A DNA stretch of 64,000 nucleotides from an uncultured Smithella sp. (GCA_964400795.1 CAYNWA010000001.1:69313-133312); one strand, 5' to 3'; shown: positions 39,054 through 47,620, counted from the first letter of the stretch. Notes: generated from the sequence alone by a model not told the origin. A program made the numbers and translations.

Positions 39054-39097
39054 GGTTCCCTCCTGTTTCAACTCTGTTCAAATAGCCTTCATGAAAA

Positions 39098-39270
39098 AAT
39101 CACGGGTATTCACCTCAGGACAATTCCGATTGCTATCGGGACTGGACCCTAATTCCGCCTACAGGGGCGAGGTATTTTACCCTCCGCTTATGGCGGGATT
39201 GATCGACTTACAAATTTCACTACATTTCGTTTTTGAAATTTAAGTCTAACAATAATTTTAAAAGACTTGA
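39098..39270. repeat. interspersed structured repeat, copy A
   Basis: The core 39142-39219 (ctggaccctaattccgcc...cttacaaatttca) matches 44113-44189 with only a handful of differences. The flanks also align (aatcacggg on the left; aaatttaagtct..aataatttta on the right). Confidence 0.65.
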
Positions 39271-39365
39271 TGATGCTTAAAAAGCCAGCTCGAAAAATCT
39301 TTTGTTCTGATTTTCAAAACTGGCTTCTTAAGTTTAAATTACTATTTACTATCTATTTCACTTGA

Positions 39366-39944
39366 CTACCGGTATGGAACCGGGCCGGGTCTGTGACCAG
39401 AATCCGGTCCGTGACTTGGACGCGATCTTTTATCTTTATACCGGGGGGCTACACGCTTCTTGGCAGGATACCTTTTTTCAGGGAATTTCTGAATACCCCA
39501 ATTATGTTTCTCCCAGTGCCTGTTTCTTTCCCATCCACGCCAGTTTCTTTGAAGTTCTTTATGAGGCACTCTTTTATATTCCCATCGATGCCCTTTCCAT
39601 TCACGATTTCTGTAATTGTCTCTCCAGCCCGGAGGAACATTTCTGTGAAAAGATGGCACACCTTTGTAATGGGCCCATCCTCTGTTATGATAGCGGGACC
39701 GATACCATCGCCCCTGCCATGGACGCCACCACCAGCCTCTATAAAAGAATATATCTTCCCTGATATCGGGCACAACATAAACATTGGTTTCCGGTATGAT
39801 CACCGGTATCGGCGGCGCAGGGAATATAAGCGGCGGGGGCATCGGAATTGGAATAGACACATGGACGTCAACTCTTGCCATGGTTGTAGCCGGCACAAAA
39901 ACCATCACGGTTAATAACAATATTTTAAAAAATTGTTTTTTCAT
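39366..39944 (-). CDS. secreted Trp/Arg/Pro-rich low-complexity protein
   Basis: GGAGG RBS and signal peptide MKKQFFKILLLTVMVFVPATTMA. These are followed by a Pro-rich tract and many W/R/H repeats (RGWWWRPWQGRWYRSRYHNRGW...). Three other long ORFs overlap it in other frames. Confidence 0.55.
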   Translation of the reverse strand: MKKQFFKILLLTVMVFVPATTMARVDVHVSIPIPMPPPLIFPAPPIPVIIPETNVYVVPDIREDIFFYRGWWWRPWQGRWYRSRYHNRGWAHYKGVPSFHRNVPPGWRDNYRNREWKGHRWEYKRVPHKELQRNWRGWERNRHWEKHNWGIQKFPEKRYPAKKRVAPRYKDKRSRPSHGPDSGHRPGPVPYR

Positions 39945-40257
39945 CGTATTGCCTCCTTTGCAATATTTTATGAAAAAATTAATGGCAACTTATATGCCAT
40001 CCTCGAAAAAAAATTTAAAATGTTTTTGTTATTACGTGATTGATAGACATCTTTGCTGAAGAAGTCAATGTCTATTTCATAGACAACAAGGGGTTCGCTC
40101 TTCAGCTCTGGAGAATTATTCACTCGTTTTTTTAATGTCCCGGGCTTTTTGATTTGAAATATTGTAAACTGGTTTTATGATCGTGTTTCAAGAAATATCT
40201 AAAATGCCTCTTGCCTATGGTTTAATACTTATTATATTTTAACGAAAAGGAAAATTT

Positions 40258-41310
40258 ATGAAAAACAAGTATTCCCCCATATTAATAATCATCCTGGTAT
40301 TTGGATTTGTATGGGTGTTTTTACTTGCCAAAGTCTCTGAGCGAACACAAGGAGAAAAGATTATGGATAATAAGACGATGGTGGAAAATGCCAAGAAAAA
40401 GATGACTCCGCTTCAATGTGATGTAGCTTTCGGAAACGCCACAGAAGTTCCTTTCAAAAACGAATATTGGGACAACCATCAAGAAGGGATTTATGTGGAT
40501 ATCGTCTCCGGAGAAGCGCTTTTCAGTTCCTCAGACAAGTTTGACTCCGGTTCAGGATGGCCAAGTTTCACCAAACCCATTAAGAAAAAAGTTGTGTTGG
40601 AAAAAGAGGACAATAGTCTTTTTATGAAACGGGTAGAAGTAAGGAGTGCCCAATCGGATATACATCTGGGGCACGTGTTTGAAGACGGTCCGACCCCCAC
40701 CGGCCGCAGGTACTGCATCAATTCCGCGTCACTAAAATTTATCCCCAGAGAGAAAATGGAAGCAGAGGGTTATGGTGAATATTTAATTTTATTTGACGGA
40801 AAATCTGTCAAAACAACTGAAACAGCCATCTTTGCCGCCGGTTGTTTCTGGGGTGTGGAGGAATATTTCAGCCGGGTGAAAGGCGTCATAAAAAGCGAGT
40901 CTGGTTATACTGGCGGGATTAGGGCAAAACCTGCTTATGAAGAAGTCTGTACCGGGAAAACAGGCCATGCCGAAGCTGTTCGGGTAACCTTTAACCCCAA
41001 AGTCGTCAGTTACGATCGGTTGCTCAAACATTTCTGGGGAATACACGATCCCACCAGCCTCAATCAACAGGGCCATGATGTCGGAACTCAATACCGGTCG
41101 GCAATTTTTTACACGAATCCCCAACAGGAGAAAACGGCAAAGGAGTCTTTGGCAAACCTGGCAAAATCAGGCCATTATTCGAAAAAGATAGTCACGGAAA
41201 TTTTACCGGCGAAAGAATTTTATCTGGCGGAAGAATATCACCAGGATTATTTAAAGAAAAACTCCCGCGGCTACTGTCATATCGATCTGACAAAGGCAAC
41301 ACAGGAATAA
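40258..41310 (+). CDS. msrAB: bifunctional methionine sulfoxide reductase (MsrB domain then MsrA domain) with an N-terminal membrane anchor/signal
   Basis: The MsrB domain reads SGSGWPSF...[10 protein letters not shown]...RYCINS. The MsrA domain reads [13 protein letters not shown]...GYTGG...GHAEAVRV...DPT..N.QG.D.G.QYRS. Confidence 0.9.
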   Translation: MKNKYSPILIIILVFGFVWVFLLAKVSERTQGEKIMDNKTMVENAKKKMTPLQCDVAFGNATEVPFKNEYWDNHQEGIYVDIVSGEALFSSSDKFDSGSGWPSFTKPIKKKVVLEKEDNSLFMKRVEVRSAQSDIHLGHVFEDGPTPTGRRYCINSASLKFIPREKMEAEGYGEYLILFDGKSVKTTETAIFAAGCFWGVEEYFSRVKGVIKSESGYTGGIRAKPAYEEVCTGKTGHAEAVRVTFNPKVVSYDRLLKHFWGIHDPTSLNQQGHDVGTQYRSAIFYTNPQQEKTAKESLANLAKSGHYSKKIVTEILPAKEFYLAEEYHQDYLKKNSRGYCHIDLTKATQE

Positions 41311-41398
41311 TCAGCGAAGATAAGTACAGACAGGGTTTATCTTTTATTTTGGGAAATATACTAAAAATAATTTGTCTCCACTTCTATGCCAAGGTCAA

Positions 41399-41965
41399 TC
41401 ACAAATCCTTCAGTTCGTACTTTAAATAAATATCATCATCGCCGGCGGTAAGACTCCTGACCATCGTGGCAGCCGACCTCTTACCGTAAACCTTAATAGC
41501 CTGTTTGTAGTACCCCATGAGAAGTTTCTCAAAAAAAACATGCTTGATGGGAAATCCTTTTATACTGACGTAAATAACGTCATTTTCCAACCGCGCAATA
41601 ACTTCACCGTCGTCATAATAAGTTGACCAGAGTTTCGGCAGACCGGTTTCGACAAACTGTTTTAGATTCCTGGTCAGCATTAACGAATGATAGGGGCCTC
41701 CCGGCGACAAGGCATATTTGGCGCCCACCATTCCAAACATCACATAGGATGCATTTTTGTCGCCATTGAAGCAGTCATCAATCAACTCGTCAAATAAAAC
41801 GATGATTTTATCCAACGGAACAAGGGTGACGGACATGATAATATTGTCTTTGAAATATTTGTCCTTTGCTGCCAGTCTGGCCATCAATGTGTTCCAACGT
41901 TCCTCGCCAAACGCTTCAATGACGGTGGCCTTTGTTGTTGAATAAACAGTTCCCTTTACATTCAT
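41399..41965 (-). CDS. hypothetical protein, DUF2378 / H-NOX-clan-like small ligand-binding domain (tentative)
   Basis: 188 aa with a GGGGAGA RBS. The N-terminal VKGTVY...FGEERW, a central His (PYHSLML), YVSIK and a beta-rich tail (DDDIYLKYELK) loosely parallel H-NOX/DUF2378 proteins. This is a recollection-based comparison only. Confidence 0.35.
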   Translation of the reverse strand: MNVKGTVYSTTKATVIEAFGEERWNTLMARLAAKDKYFKDNIIMSVTLVPLDKIIVLFDELIDDCFNGDKNASYVMFGMVGAKYALSPGGPYHSLMLTRNLKQFVETGLPKLWSTYYDDGEVIARLENDVIYVSIKGFPIKHVFFEKLLMGYYKQAIKVYGKRSAATMVRSLTAGDDDIYLKYELKDL

Positions 41966-42072
41966 AATGATTTCTCCCCGGCAAATTAAAATATATGAAA
42001 TATTTCAATCGTGCACAAATATCCAATTTATTTCTGGTCTCCTTACCACTTGTGGTAAAAAAACAAACGGCA

Positions 42073-42546
42073 TCACGATACCCGCTCCCAGATCAAATCC
42101 ATCACATTTCCGGCATCATCATGGGCGATAAGGGTGAGCGTATTTTCAGAAAAGACAAAATCCCGTTTCAGATCCGTTCCGATCCAGTCCGGGACCATGG
42201 CGGCTTTGACATGATGAACGACTGTGTTCCCGCGTATTTCATATGCTCCACAATATGACACAAATGAAGTCATTGCCTTTAAGTACTTTATACCTGCTTT
42301 AATATATTTCAGAGATCCAAAAAGCTTTTTCTTGCTGACGGCATCGCTCAGCTCCTCCGGGGGCATGCCGATCCGATCACGTCCCGCCTTCATCAGGATT
42401 GCGTGCATGAAGCCGTCCTGCGTATAGGATATATATCCAAGCAAATCATCTGAAAAAGGTTTACTGATGCGACCTTCGGATGATCGCTTCGTCATTGATT
42501 TCAGTGCCCACGTTCCCACAAACTGTTTATCACGTGTTGTATTCAT
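42073..42546 (-). CDS. lipocalin-like domain protein
   Basis: FVGTWALKSMTKRSSEG...LGYISYTQDGFM...CGAYEIRGNTVVHHV is typical of the bacterial lipocalin-like (GTWxL) family. The AAGGAG RBS favours the ATG at 42546; the track ORF extends to 42582. Confidence 0.6.
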   Translation of the reverse strand: MNTTRDKQFVGTWALKSMTKRSSEGRISKPFSDDLLGYISYTQDGFMHAILMKAGRDRIGMPPEELSDAVSKKKLFGSLKYIKAGIKYLKAMTSFVSYCGAYEIRGNTVVHHVKAAMVPDWIGTDLKRDFVFSENTLTLIAHDDAGNVMDLIWERVS

Positions 42547-42792
42547 ATTCATCTCCTTTGTTAACATATTCTGTATTGCCATCGTTGCTCTTAAATCTTA
42601 CCACATGTAATAAGAAAGCCTCCAAAAGGCGTTCTTATCCTTTGAAGGCTGATATTGATAACTTCAGGAAAATCCTTTTCACTGCGGACCTCATAATGTT
42701 TTCATTGGTTGATTAAAAATTGTTGTTTAGATACTGCTTAAGCAATACACTGTCAAGGAAGAACTCGCCGCTTTATACGCATCAGAGGGGTG

Positions 42793-42827
42793 AGGGAGTG
42801 AGAATTAAAAAATTCTCACTCCCTTTT
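42793..42827 (+). terminator. orphan terminator-like hairpin (14-bp stem, 4-nt loop, T-run)
   Basis: agggagtgagaatt-aaaa-aattctcactccct is followed by ttt (42824-42827). No annotated + strand gene lies upstream of it in the 636-bp spacer. Confidence 0.5.
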
Positions 42828-43110
42828 GGAGGGGTAATATAAAAATGTGCTAGTTTACACCAGTGAGTAAAGTGCTCTAGCGAGACCTAAATGTAATTTA
42901 GGTTGTGGGTTAATTATTTTTTTATCAAATCGGGAACAGGTTCTCTCTACCACCATTCTCAAATTTAAGATTTAATGCCTGTTCTTTTTCAACTACCGCC
43001 ATCTTTCGGCGTTATTGACTTCGCATTTTCGGTTCTGTATAGTTTCGCAACTTTTTGTCCTGGTCATGAATATCAAACATCAGTTGACTTTTGGACATGA
43101 GTATAATATA

Positions 43111-43167
43111 GAACAAGTGTTCATGAGTCAATAGTCAAAATTTCGCACTATTGTTCAATATTGAACA
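43111..43167. promoter_or_regulatory. candidate TetR operators built from GAACA/TGTTC half-sites
   Basis: The perfect 16-bp palindrome TGTTCAATATTGAACA lies at 43152-43167 and GAACAagTGTTC at 43111-43122. They sit 50-110 nt upstream of the TetR start codon. Confidence 0.45.
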
Positions 43168-43218
43168 CTTATTGATATTTTATACTGATTTTAAGGAATA
43201 TTTTACCGGGGAGATGCC

Positions 43219-43821
43219 ATGAGTAGAACGGTTGCGCGCAAAAAAACAGAGTACCGTAGTGCTTTACGATCCAGAAAATTGATCAAGCAGGCTTACGTGG
43301 AGCTGATCAAAGAAAAGGACATGGATAAAATCTCCGTGATAGATGTCGTCACGAGGGCGGATATCAACAGAGGAACTTTTTATGCTCACTATAAAAGTGT
43401 CATTGATGTCGCTGATCAAATCTCCGACGAAATCCTTTCCGCTTTATTAGAATTTCTTAATGAATTCGACAATACCAGATTGATTGAAAATCCTTTGCCA
43501 TTTCTCACGAATATTGCGCGCTTCCTGGAAAAAGATTTGGAATACTACCGTGTATTGATTAATTCGCAGCGTTCAACAGCTTTCTTTATTCAACTTAAAA
43601 CTCTTTTTATTGAGAAAATATTTAATGATGAAAAAAAGATGTCGGCTATAAAAAACAAAGACCAATTTATGATTTCTGTCGATTTGTTTGCCTCGGGATT
43701 TGTGGGTGTGTATCAGGATTGGTTCAATAACAAAATAAAAATATCCCTTAATGATTTAACATTGCATTCCAGCGAAATCATTAAAAACGGCTTCAAGCGT
43801 TTTCTCCCCGCAAAGAAATAA
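43219..43821 (+). CDS. TetR/AcrR-family transcriptional regulator
   Basis: The N-terminal HTH reads LIKQAYVELIKEKDMDKISVIDVVTRADINRGTFYAHYKSV. Confidence 0.85.
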   Translation: MSRTVARKKTEYRSALRSRKLIKQAYVELIKEKDMDKISVIDVVTRADINRGTFYAHYKSVIDVADQISDEILSALLEFLNEFDNTRLIENPLPFLTNIARFLEKDLEYYRVLINSQRSTAFFIQLKTLFIEKIFNDEKKMSAIKNKDQFMISVDLFASGFVGVYQDWFNNKIKISLNDLTLHSSEIIKNGFKRFLPAKK

Positions 43822-44082
43822 CGACAACGTGTAGTTGACCTTCTTTTCTGAAGGAGGGGAACCTTTCTCACCGCACAACTTCCGAAACAACTTTTATTTC
43901 TTTCTCGTAAAGAAGGGCCGGATTCTTTGCCATCTGATAGTTCAATGGTTTTTTCCATGTGCAAAGCCGTCATGCTGAAACGGGAAAGTTGCGAAAGCGT
44001 CAGCGTTCGTGTCTACTTATAGGGATGAAAAGAGGTGTCTGTGGCCGGGCCGAACAATCGCCAAAGGCATATTATCATTGAA

Positions 44083-44280
44083 GAATCACGGGCATGAACC
44101 CCAGGGCAAGCCCTGGACCCTAATTCCGCCCCAAGGGGCGGGCATTATACCCTCCGCTTATGGCGGGATTGTTCGACTTACAAATTTCAATACACCTATC
44201 GTACCCTCATGGCACCCTTCAGGGTAATTAGGATATTCATTTTAAAAATTTGAGTCTCTCAATAAAATAATTAAAGAATT
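44083..44280. repeat. interspersed structured repeat, copy B (with an extra internal module)
   Basis: It is homologous to 39098-39270 in the same orientation. It carries an additional segment, 44193-44240 (cctatcgtaccctcatggcacccttcagggtaatt), related to 15468-15486. Confidence 0.65.
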
Positions 44281-44412
44281 GTTTGTTAAAATATGCTAAA
44301 CGATTTTCACTCTACGGGCAGGTTATGGCATTTCTTTTATCTCACCCATAATATTTCCCCATAATATTCCCTTGGATGGCAAATAAAATATTTTAAATAA
44401 AAGGATATAACC

Positions 44413-45063
44413 ATGTCCATAAAAAAACAGGAATCTTTTAATTTCTATTCGCATTTGGCCGGCGCCATCGCGGCGGCGGTTGGAACTGTATTTTTAGTGT
44501 TGGTCGCGCGTTACTCGGCATCCGCTTTAGTTACCGCGTTAATCTACTCACTATCTGTGGTCTTTCTCTTTTTAGCGAGCACACTCTACCATGCCTTCAA
44601 AAAGAAAGAAAACGAACTGTCCTTCTGGAGAAGATTGGATCGCCTGGCAATTTTTTTCATGATTGCGGGAACCTTTACTCCGGTAAGTTATTTTTGCCTT
44701 GATGGCTCGCATAGATGGTTCATGATTGCCTTTCAGTGGAGCCTTGTGGGTATTGGTGTGATCTCTCAGATTTTTTTCCCCAAAGCACCCCGAACGCTAT
44801 ACGCGGTTATTTATCTATTTATGGGCTGGTCAGGTCTTTTTACCATCAAACAGATGCTGTCCAATATGTCTATATCCCAAAGTGTCCTTCTATTTACGGG
44901 CGCTGCCGCTTTTACGCTCGGAGGCATTATTTATGCCATAAAAAAACCAAAATTGATTCCTGGTCTTTTCAGTTTTCATGAACTCTTTCACATCACGGTA
45001 TTGATTGGAGGAGCTCTGCATTATGCCATGATTTACAAAGTTTATTCCCAGTTCGGCATCTAA
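44413..45063 (+). CDS. hemolysin III / PAQR-family membrane protein
   Basis: 7-TM protein with FNFYSHLAGAI, STLYHAF, RLDRLAIFFMIAGTFTP and FHELFHI motifs. Confidence 0.85.
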   Translation: MSIKKQESFNFYSHLAGAIAAAVGTVFLVLVARYSASALVTALIYSLSVVFLFLASTLYHAFKKKENELSFWRRLDRLAIFFMIAGTFTPVSYFCLDGSHRWFMIAFQWSLVGIGVISQIFFPKAPRTLYAVIYLFMGWSGLFTIKQMLSNMSISQSVLLFTGAAAFTLGGIIYAIKKPKLIPGLFSFHELFHITVLIGGALHYAMIYKVYSQFGI

Positions 45064-45067
45064 AACA

Positions 45068-45967
45068 ATGGCTACAGTTTCTGGTCTCACAAAACAAGGC
45101 AACTTGCTGGATATGCTTCTGGCATCCGAGTCGGATTTATTCATAAAAGAATATGAAAAACACTATACCACTGGGGAAAGCAAACCGCCGGACATCGGGA
45201 TGCCTTTTTTTTTACACGCACCCGGATCTGATACCGGCGTTCTCCTCATTCACGGCCTGATGGCCGCCCCGGAGGAAGTCAGAGAGTGGGCGCAGTTTCT
45301 GTATGCAAAAGGATTAACCGTTTATGCTCCCAGACTTTCCGGACACGGAACATCCTCAAAAGATCTCTCGACGCGTCGCTATGACGAATGGCTTGCTTCC
45401 GTTAATCGCGGTCACGCCATTCTGAAAACATGCTGTAAGAAAATTATCGTGGCCGGATTTTCCACCGGCGCCGGCCTTGCTCTGCAATCCGTTATATTGA
45501 AGCCCCATGACTTCGAGGCGGTCATTGCCGTAAGCGCTCCTTTGAGATTTAAAAAATTTTCATCACAGTTTGCCGAAATGTTGAATTCGTTTAATCATTT
45601 TTGCAATGCTTTGGGCATGAATAAATTTTCCATGGATTTTATGAAAAACGATGCGGATAATCCCCACATCAACTATCTTCTCTGTCCGGTCAGCGCGTTT
45701 GTGCAGGTTAAAAAACTGATGAAGAAAGTCCGCAAATCGCTTCCTGCAATCCATATTCCTGCACTGGTCATTCAGGCCCAAAATGACCCCAAGGTAGCGC
45801 CGAAAAGCGGTCCAGTGATATTCAGGCTGCTTGGCACCGATAACAAACGTTTCGCCTGGATTAATTACCATATGCATGGAATTGTACGGGGAAAAATCGC
45901 CAAAGATGTATTTAAAGAGGTTGAATTATTCCTGTCTTCATACAAGCTTCTCAATACTCATCCCTGA
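45068..45967 (+). CDS. alpha/beta hydrolase (carboxylesterase / monoacylglycerol-lipase-like)
   Basis: VLLIHGLMAAPEE is present, with the nucleophile elbow GFSTGAG and later D and H residues. The gene starts 4 nt after the hlyIII stop. Confidence 0.8.
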   Translation: MATVSGLTKQGNLLDMLLASESDLFIKEYEKHYTTGESKPPDIGMPFFLHAPGSDTGVLLIHGLMAAPEEVREWAQFLYAKGLTVYAPRLSGHGTSSKDLSTRRYDEWLASVNRGHAILKTCCKKIIVAGFSTGAGLALQSVILKPHDFEAVIAVSAPLRFKKFSSQFAEMLNSFNHFCNALGMNKFSMDFMKNDADNPHINYLLCPVSAFVQVKKLMKKVRKSLPAIHIPALVIQAQNDPKVAPKSGPVIFRLLGTDNKRFAWINYHMHGIVRGKIAKDVFKEVELFLSSYKLLNTHP

Positions 45968-46091
45968 TAATTTTTGTTGAATTTAAACTGTTTTTCAAAA
46001 AATAAACATTACAACATGCCGCTTTATATGACGAAGCCGGGCAAATCCGCTCAACATTGTTCTTATAACCCGTTATCGGTATAAATAAAGC

Positions 46092-46120
46092 TTGACTATT
46101 CTCCGCAATTGCCGTAGGGT
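46092..46120 (+). promoter_or_regulatory. possible sigma70-type promoter of the csp gene (would give a ~160-nt leader)
   Basis: TTGACT (46092-46097), a 17-nt spacer, then TAGGGT (46115-46120). The -10 element is weak. Confidence 0.3.
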
Positions 46121-46288
46121 CAGGCCAACTTCGGCTATTGAAAAAAAGATACGAAGGAAAGAGTTGAATTTAGACATTTTGAAGCACATAGGTTAGTCAC
46201 CGGGTACTTTAGAGTCTTGGTGGCTTTTTTTGGTTCTGTCATCGTGCTGATTCGACTTTTAAAAATTTATGAAAGGAGGATTAGAATT

Positions 46289-46489
46289 ATGTCAGAAGGC
46301 AAAGTGAAGTGGTTCAATGCCAACAAAGGTTTCGGCTTCATCGAGAATGAAGAGGGCGGCGATGTATTTGTACATTTCAGCTCAATTCAGGGCGAAGGCT
46401 TCAAAACATTAAATGAAGGCCAGCGCGTAAGTTTTGATATTGCTCAGGGCAAAAAAGGCCAGGAAGCAACAAACGTCAAAGCTATTTAA
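46289..46489 (+). CDS. cspA: cold-shock protein (CspA family)
   Basis: [49 protein letters not shown]... contains the RNP1 (KGFGFI) and RNP2 (VFVHF) motifs. AGGAGG lies at 46274-46279. Confidence 0.95.
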   Translation: MSEGKVKWFNANKGFGFIENEEGGDVFVHFSSIQGEGFKTLNEGQRVSFDIAQGKKGQEATNVKAI

Positions 46490-46513
46490 TGAGACTCGTT
46501 GATGAATCATTGG

Positions 46514-46554
46514 GCACTCCGTTCGTGAGATATCATGACGGAGTGCTCTTTTAT
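46514..46554 (+). terminator. intrinsic terminator of csp
   Basis: The stem is gcactccgt / acggagtgc (9 bp), followed by tcttttat. Confidence 0.7.
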
Positions 46555-46627
46555 GTTAGCCGAATTTGTAATACTAAATGCTGGTTTTCAATCATTATGA
46601 TATGCGTACTTCAAAAGTGGAGGCATT

Positions 46628-47143
46628 ATGCGCAAAATCATCATAACCGTCTTTCTGGTATTAACCTTTCTTTATTCGTGTTCAGGAAAAAACGAAACTG
46701 CTTTGGATTGGTTTAATAAAGCAACGGCATTAAATTATACCAATCCCCAAAAGGCCATTGAATATTTAAGCAAAGCTATTCAACTCGATCCGAATTATAC
46801 AGATGCCTACAACGAAAGGGGCATTGCTTACGCTCAGTTTGGTCAGTATCAAAACGCAATGGAGAATTTCAACGAAGCCCTCCGTTTAAAGCCGGACAAT
46901 GTCAACGCCCACAAAAACAAGGGAATTACTTATTTTAACCTCGGGCAGTATCAACGCGCCATAGAGACCTTTAATGAAGTGATTCGCTTACAGCCTGATA
47001 ATATAGACTGTTACAGCGACCGGGGAATTGCTTATTTTTCTCAAGGCAACAAAAAACTGGGCTGTATCGATGCACAAAAAGCCTGTAAATTGGGAAAATG
47101 CAATTTACTGGAAAAAGCCAAAGAGAAGGGATACTGTCGTTAG
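46628..47143 (+). CDS. TPR-repeat lipoprotein
   Basis: GGAGG RBS and lipobox LTFLYSC. Four TPR units carry the A..Y..A / P.N motif pattern (AIQLDPNYTDAYNERGIAY etc.). Confidence 0.8.
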   Translation: MRKIIITVFLVLTFLYSCSGKNETALDWFNKATALNYTNPQKAIEYLSKAIQLDPNYTDAYNERGIAYAQFGQYQNAMENFNEALRLKPDNVNAHKNKGITYFNLGQYQRAIETFNEVIRLQPDNIDCYSDRGIAYFSQGNKKLGCIDAQKACKLGKCNLLEKAKEKGYCR

Positions 47144-47183
47144 GCGAAGCGGGATCTCTAAAATTCATTCATCCATTTTAAAT

Positions 47184-47218
47184 AAGACCGCCTTTGTAAA
47201 TAATGAGCGGTCTTTTTA
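47184..47218 (+). terminator. intrinsic terminator after the TPR gene
   Basis: The stem is aagaccgc / gcggtctt (8 bp) with a 15-nt loop, followed by a T-run. Confidence 0.55.
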
Positions 47219-47398
47219 TGTGAGGCCCCATCTAATGCATAGGTTTCACAAGAGGTAATTTCCGCTGAATTATCTTTGACACTTCAGCCCTGATTAGAAC
47301 CCCTTTATCGCCATATAAACCTCTCTATCGCCGGATGGTTTACATGACATGATGTTTATGAGACTTTTACTTAAAACTCCTCCAGTCGTTATATCGTC

Positions 47399-47447
47399 GA
47401 AGGCCGGAACCCGGCGAATATTAAAAAAGTGCCGGATTCCGGCCTTC
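47399..47447. repeat. 17-bp inverted repeat (gaaggccggaacccggc / gccggattccggccttc)
   Basis: The arms are 47399-47415 and 47431-47447 with one mismatch and an A-rich 15-nt loop. A related fragment, ctgccggaatgacgg, lies near 25627-25641. Confidence 0.5.
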
Positions 47448-47620
47448 ATGAGTATGGCAGATCTGTCAGGTTTTATAGAGGTTCGCACGGATATTGTGTG
47501 CTTAAATTATTTTCAAACGGCTGGGGAAAAAGATGGATGACAGACGCAGCATTACAAAGTAATACGCGGATTTCAAATGTAGAGACAGTTGTATTGTAAC
47601 TATTGAACCCGGGAGAAAAC

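Noticed and set aside
39362-39914. Two + strand ORFs (133 and 173 aa) and a second minus ORF overlapping the Trp/Arg-rich gene
   Set aside because: Only the 192-aa minus ORF has an RBS plus a signal peptide. The other ORFs are explained by the biased, stop-poor composition.
46489-46716. 75-aa + ORF directly after csp
   Set aside because: It spans the csp terminator hairpin and runs into the TPR gene's RBS. It has no RBS of its own.
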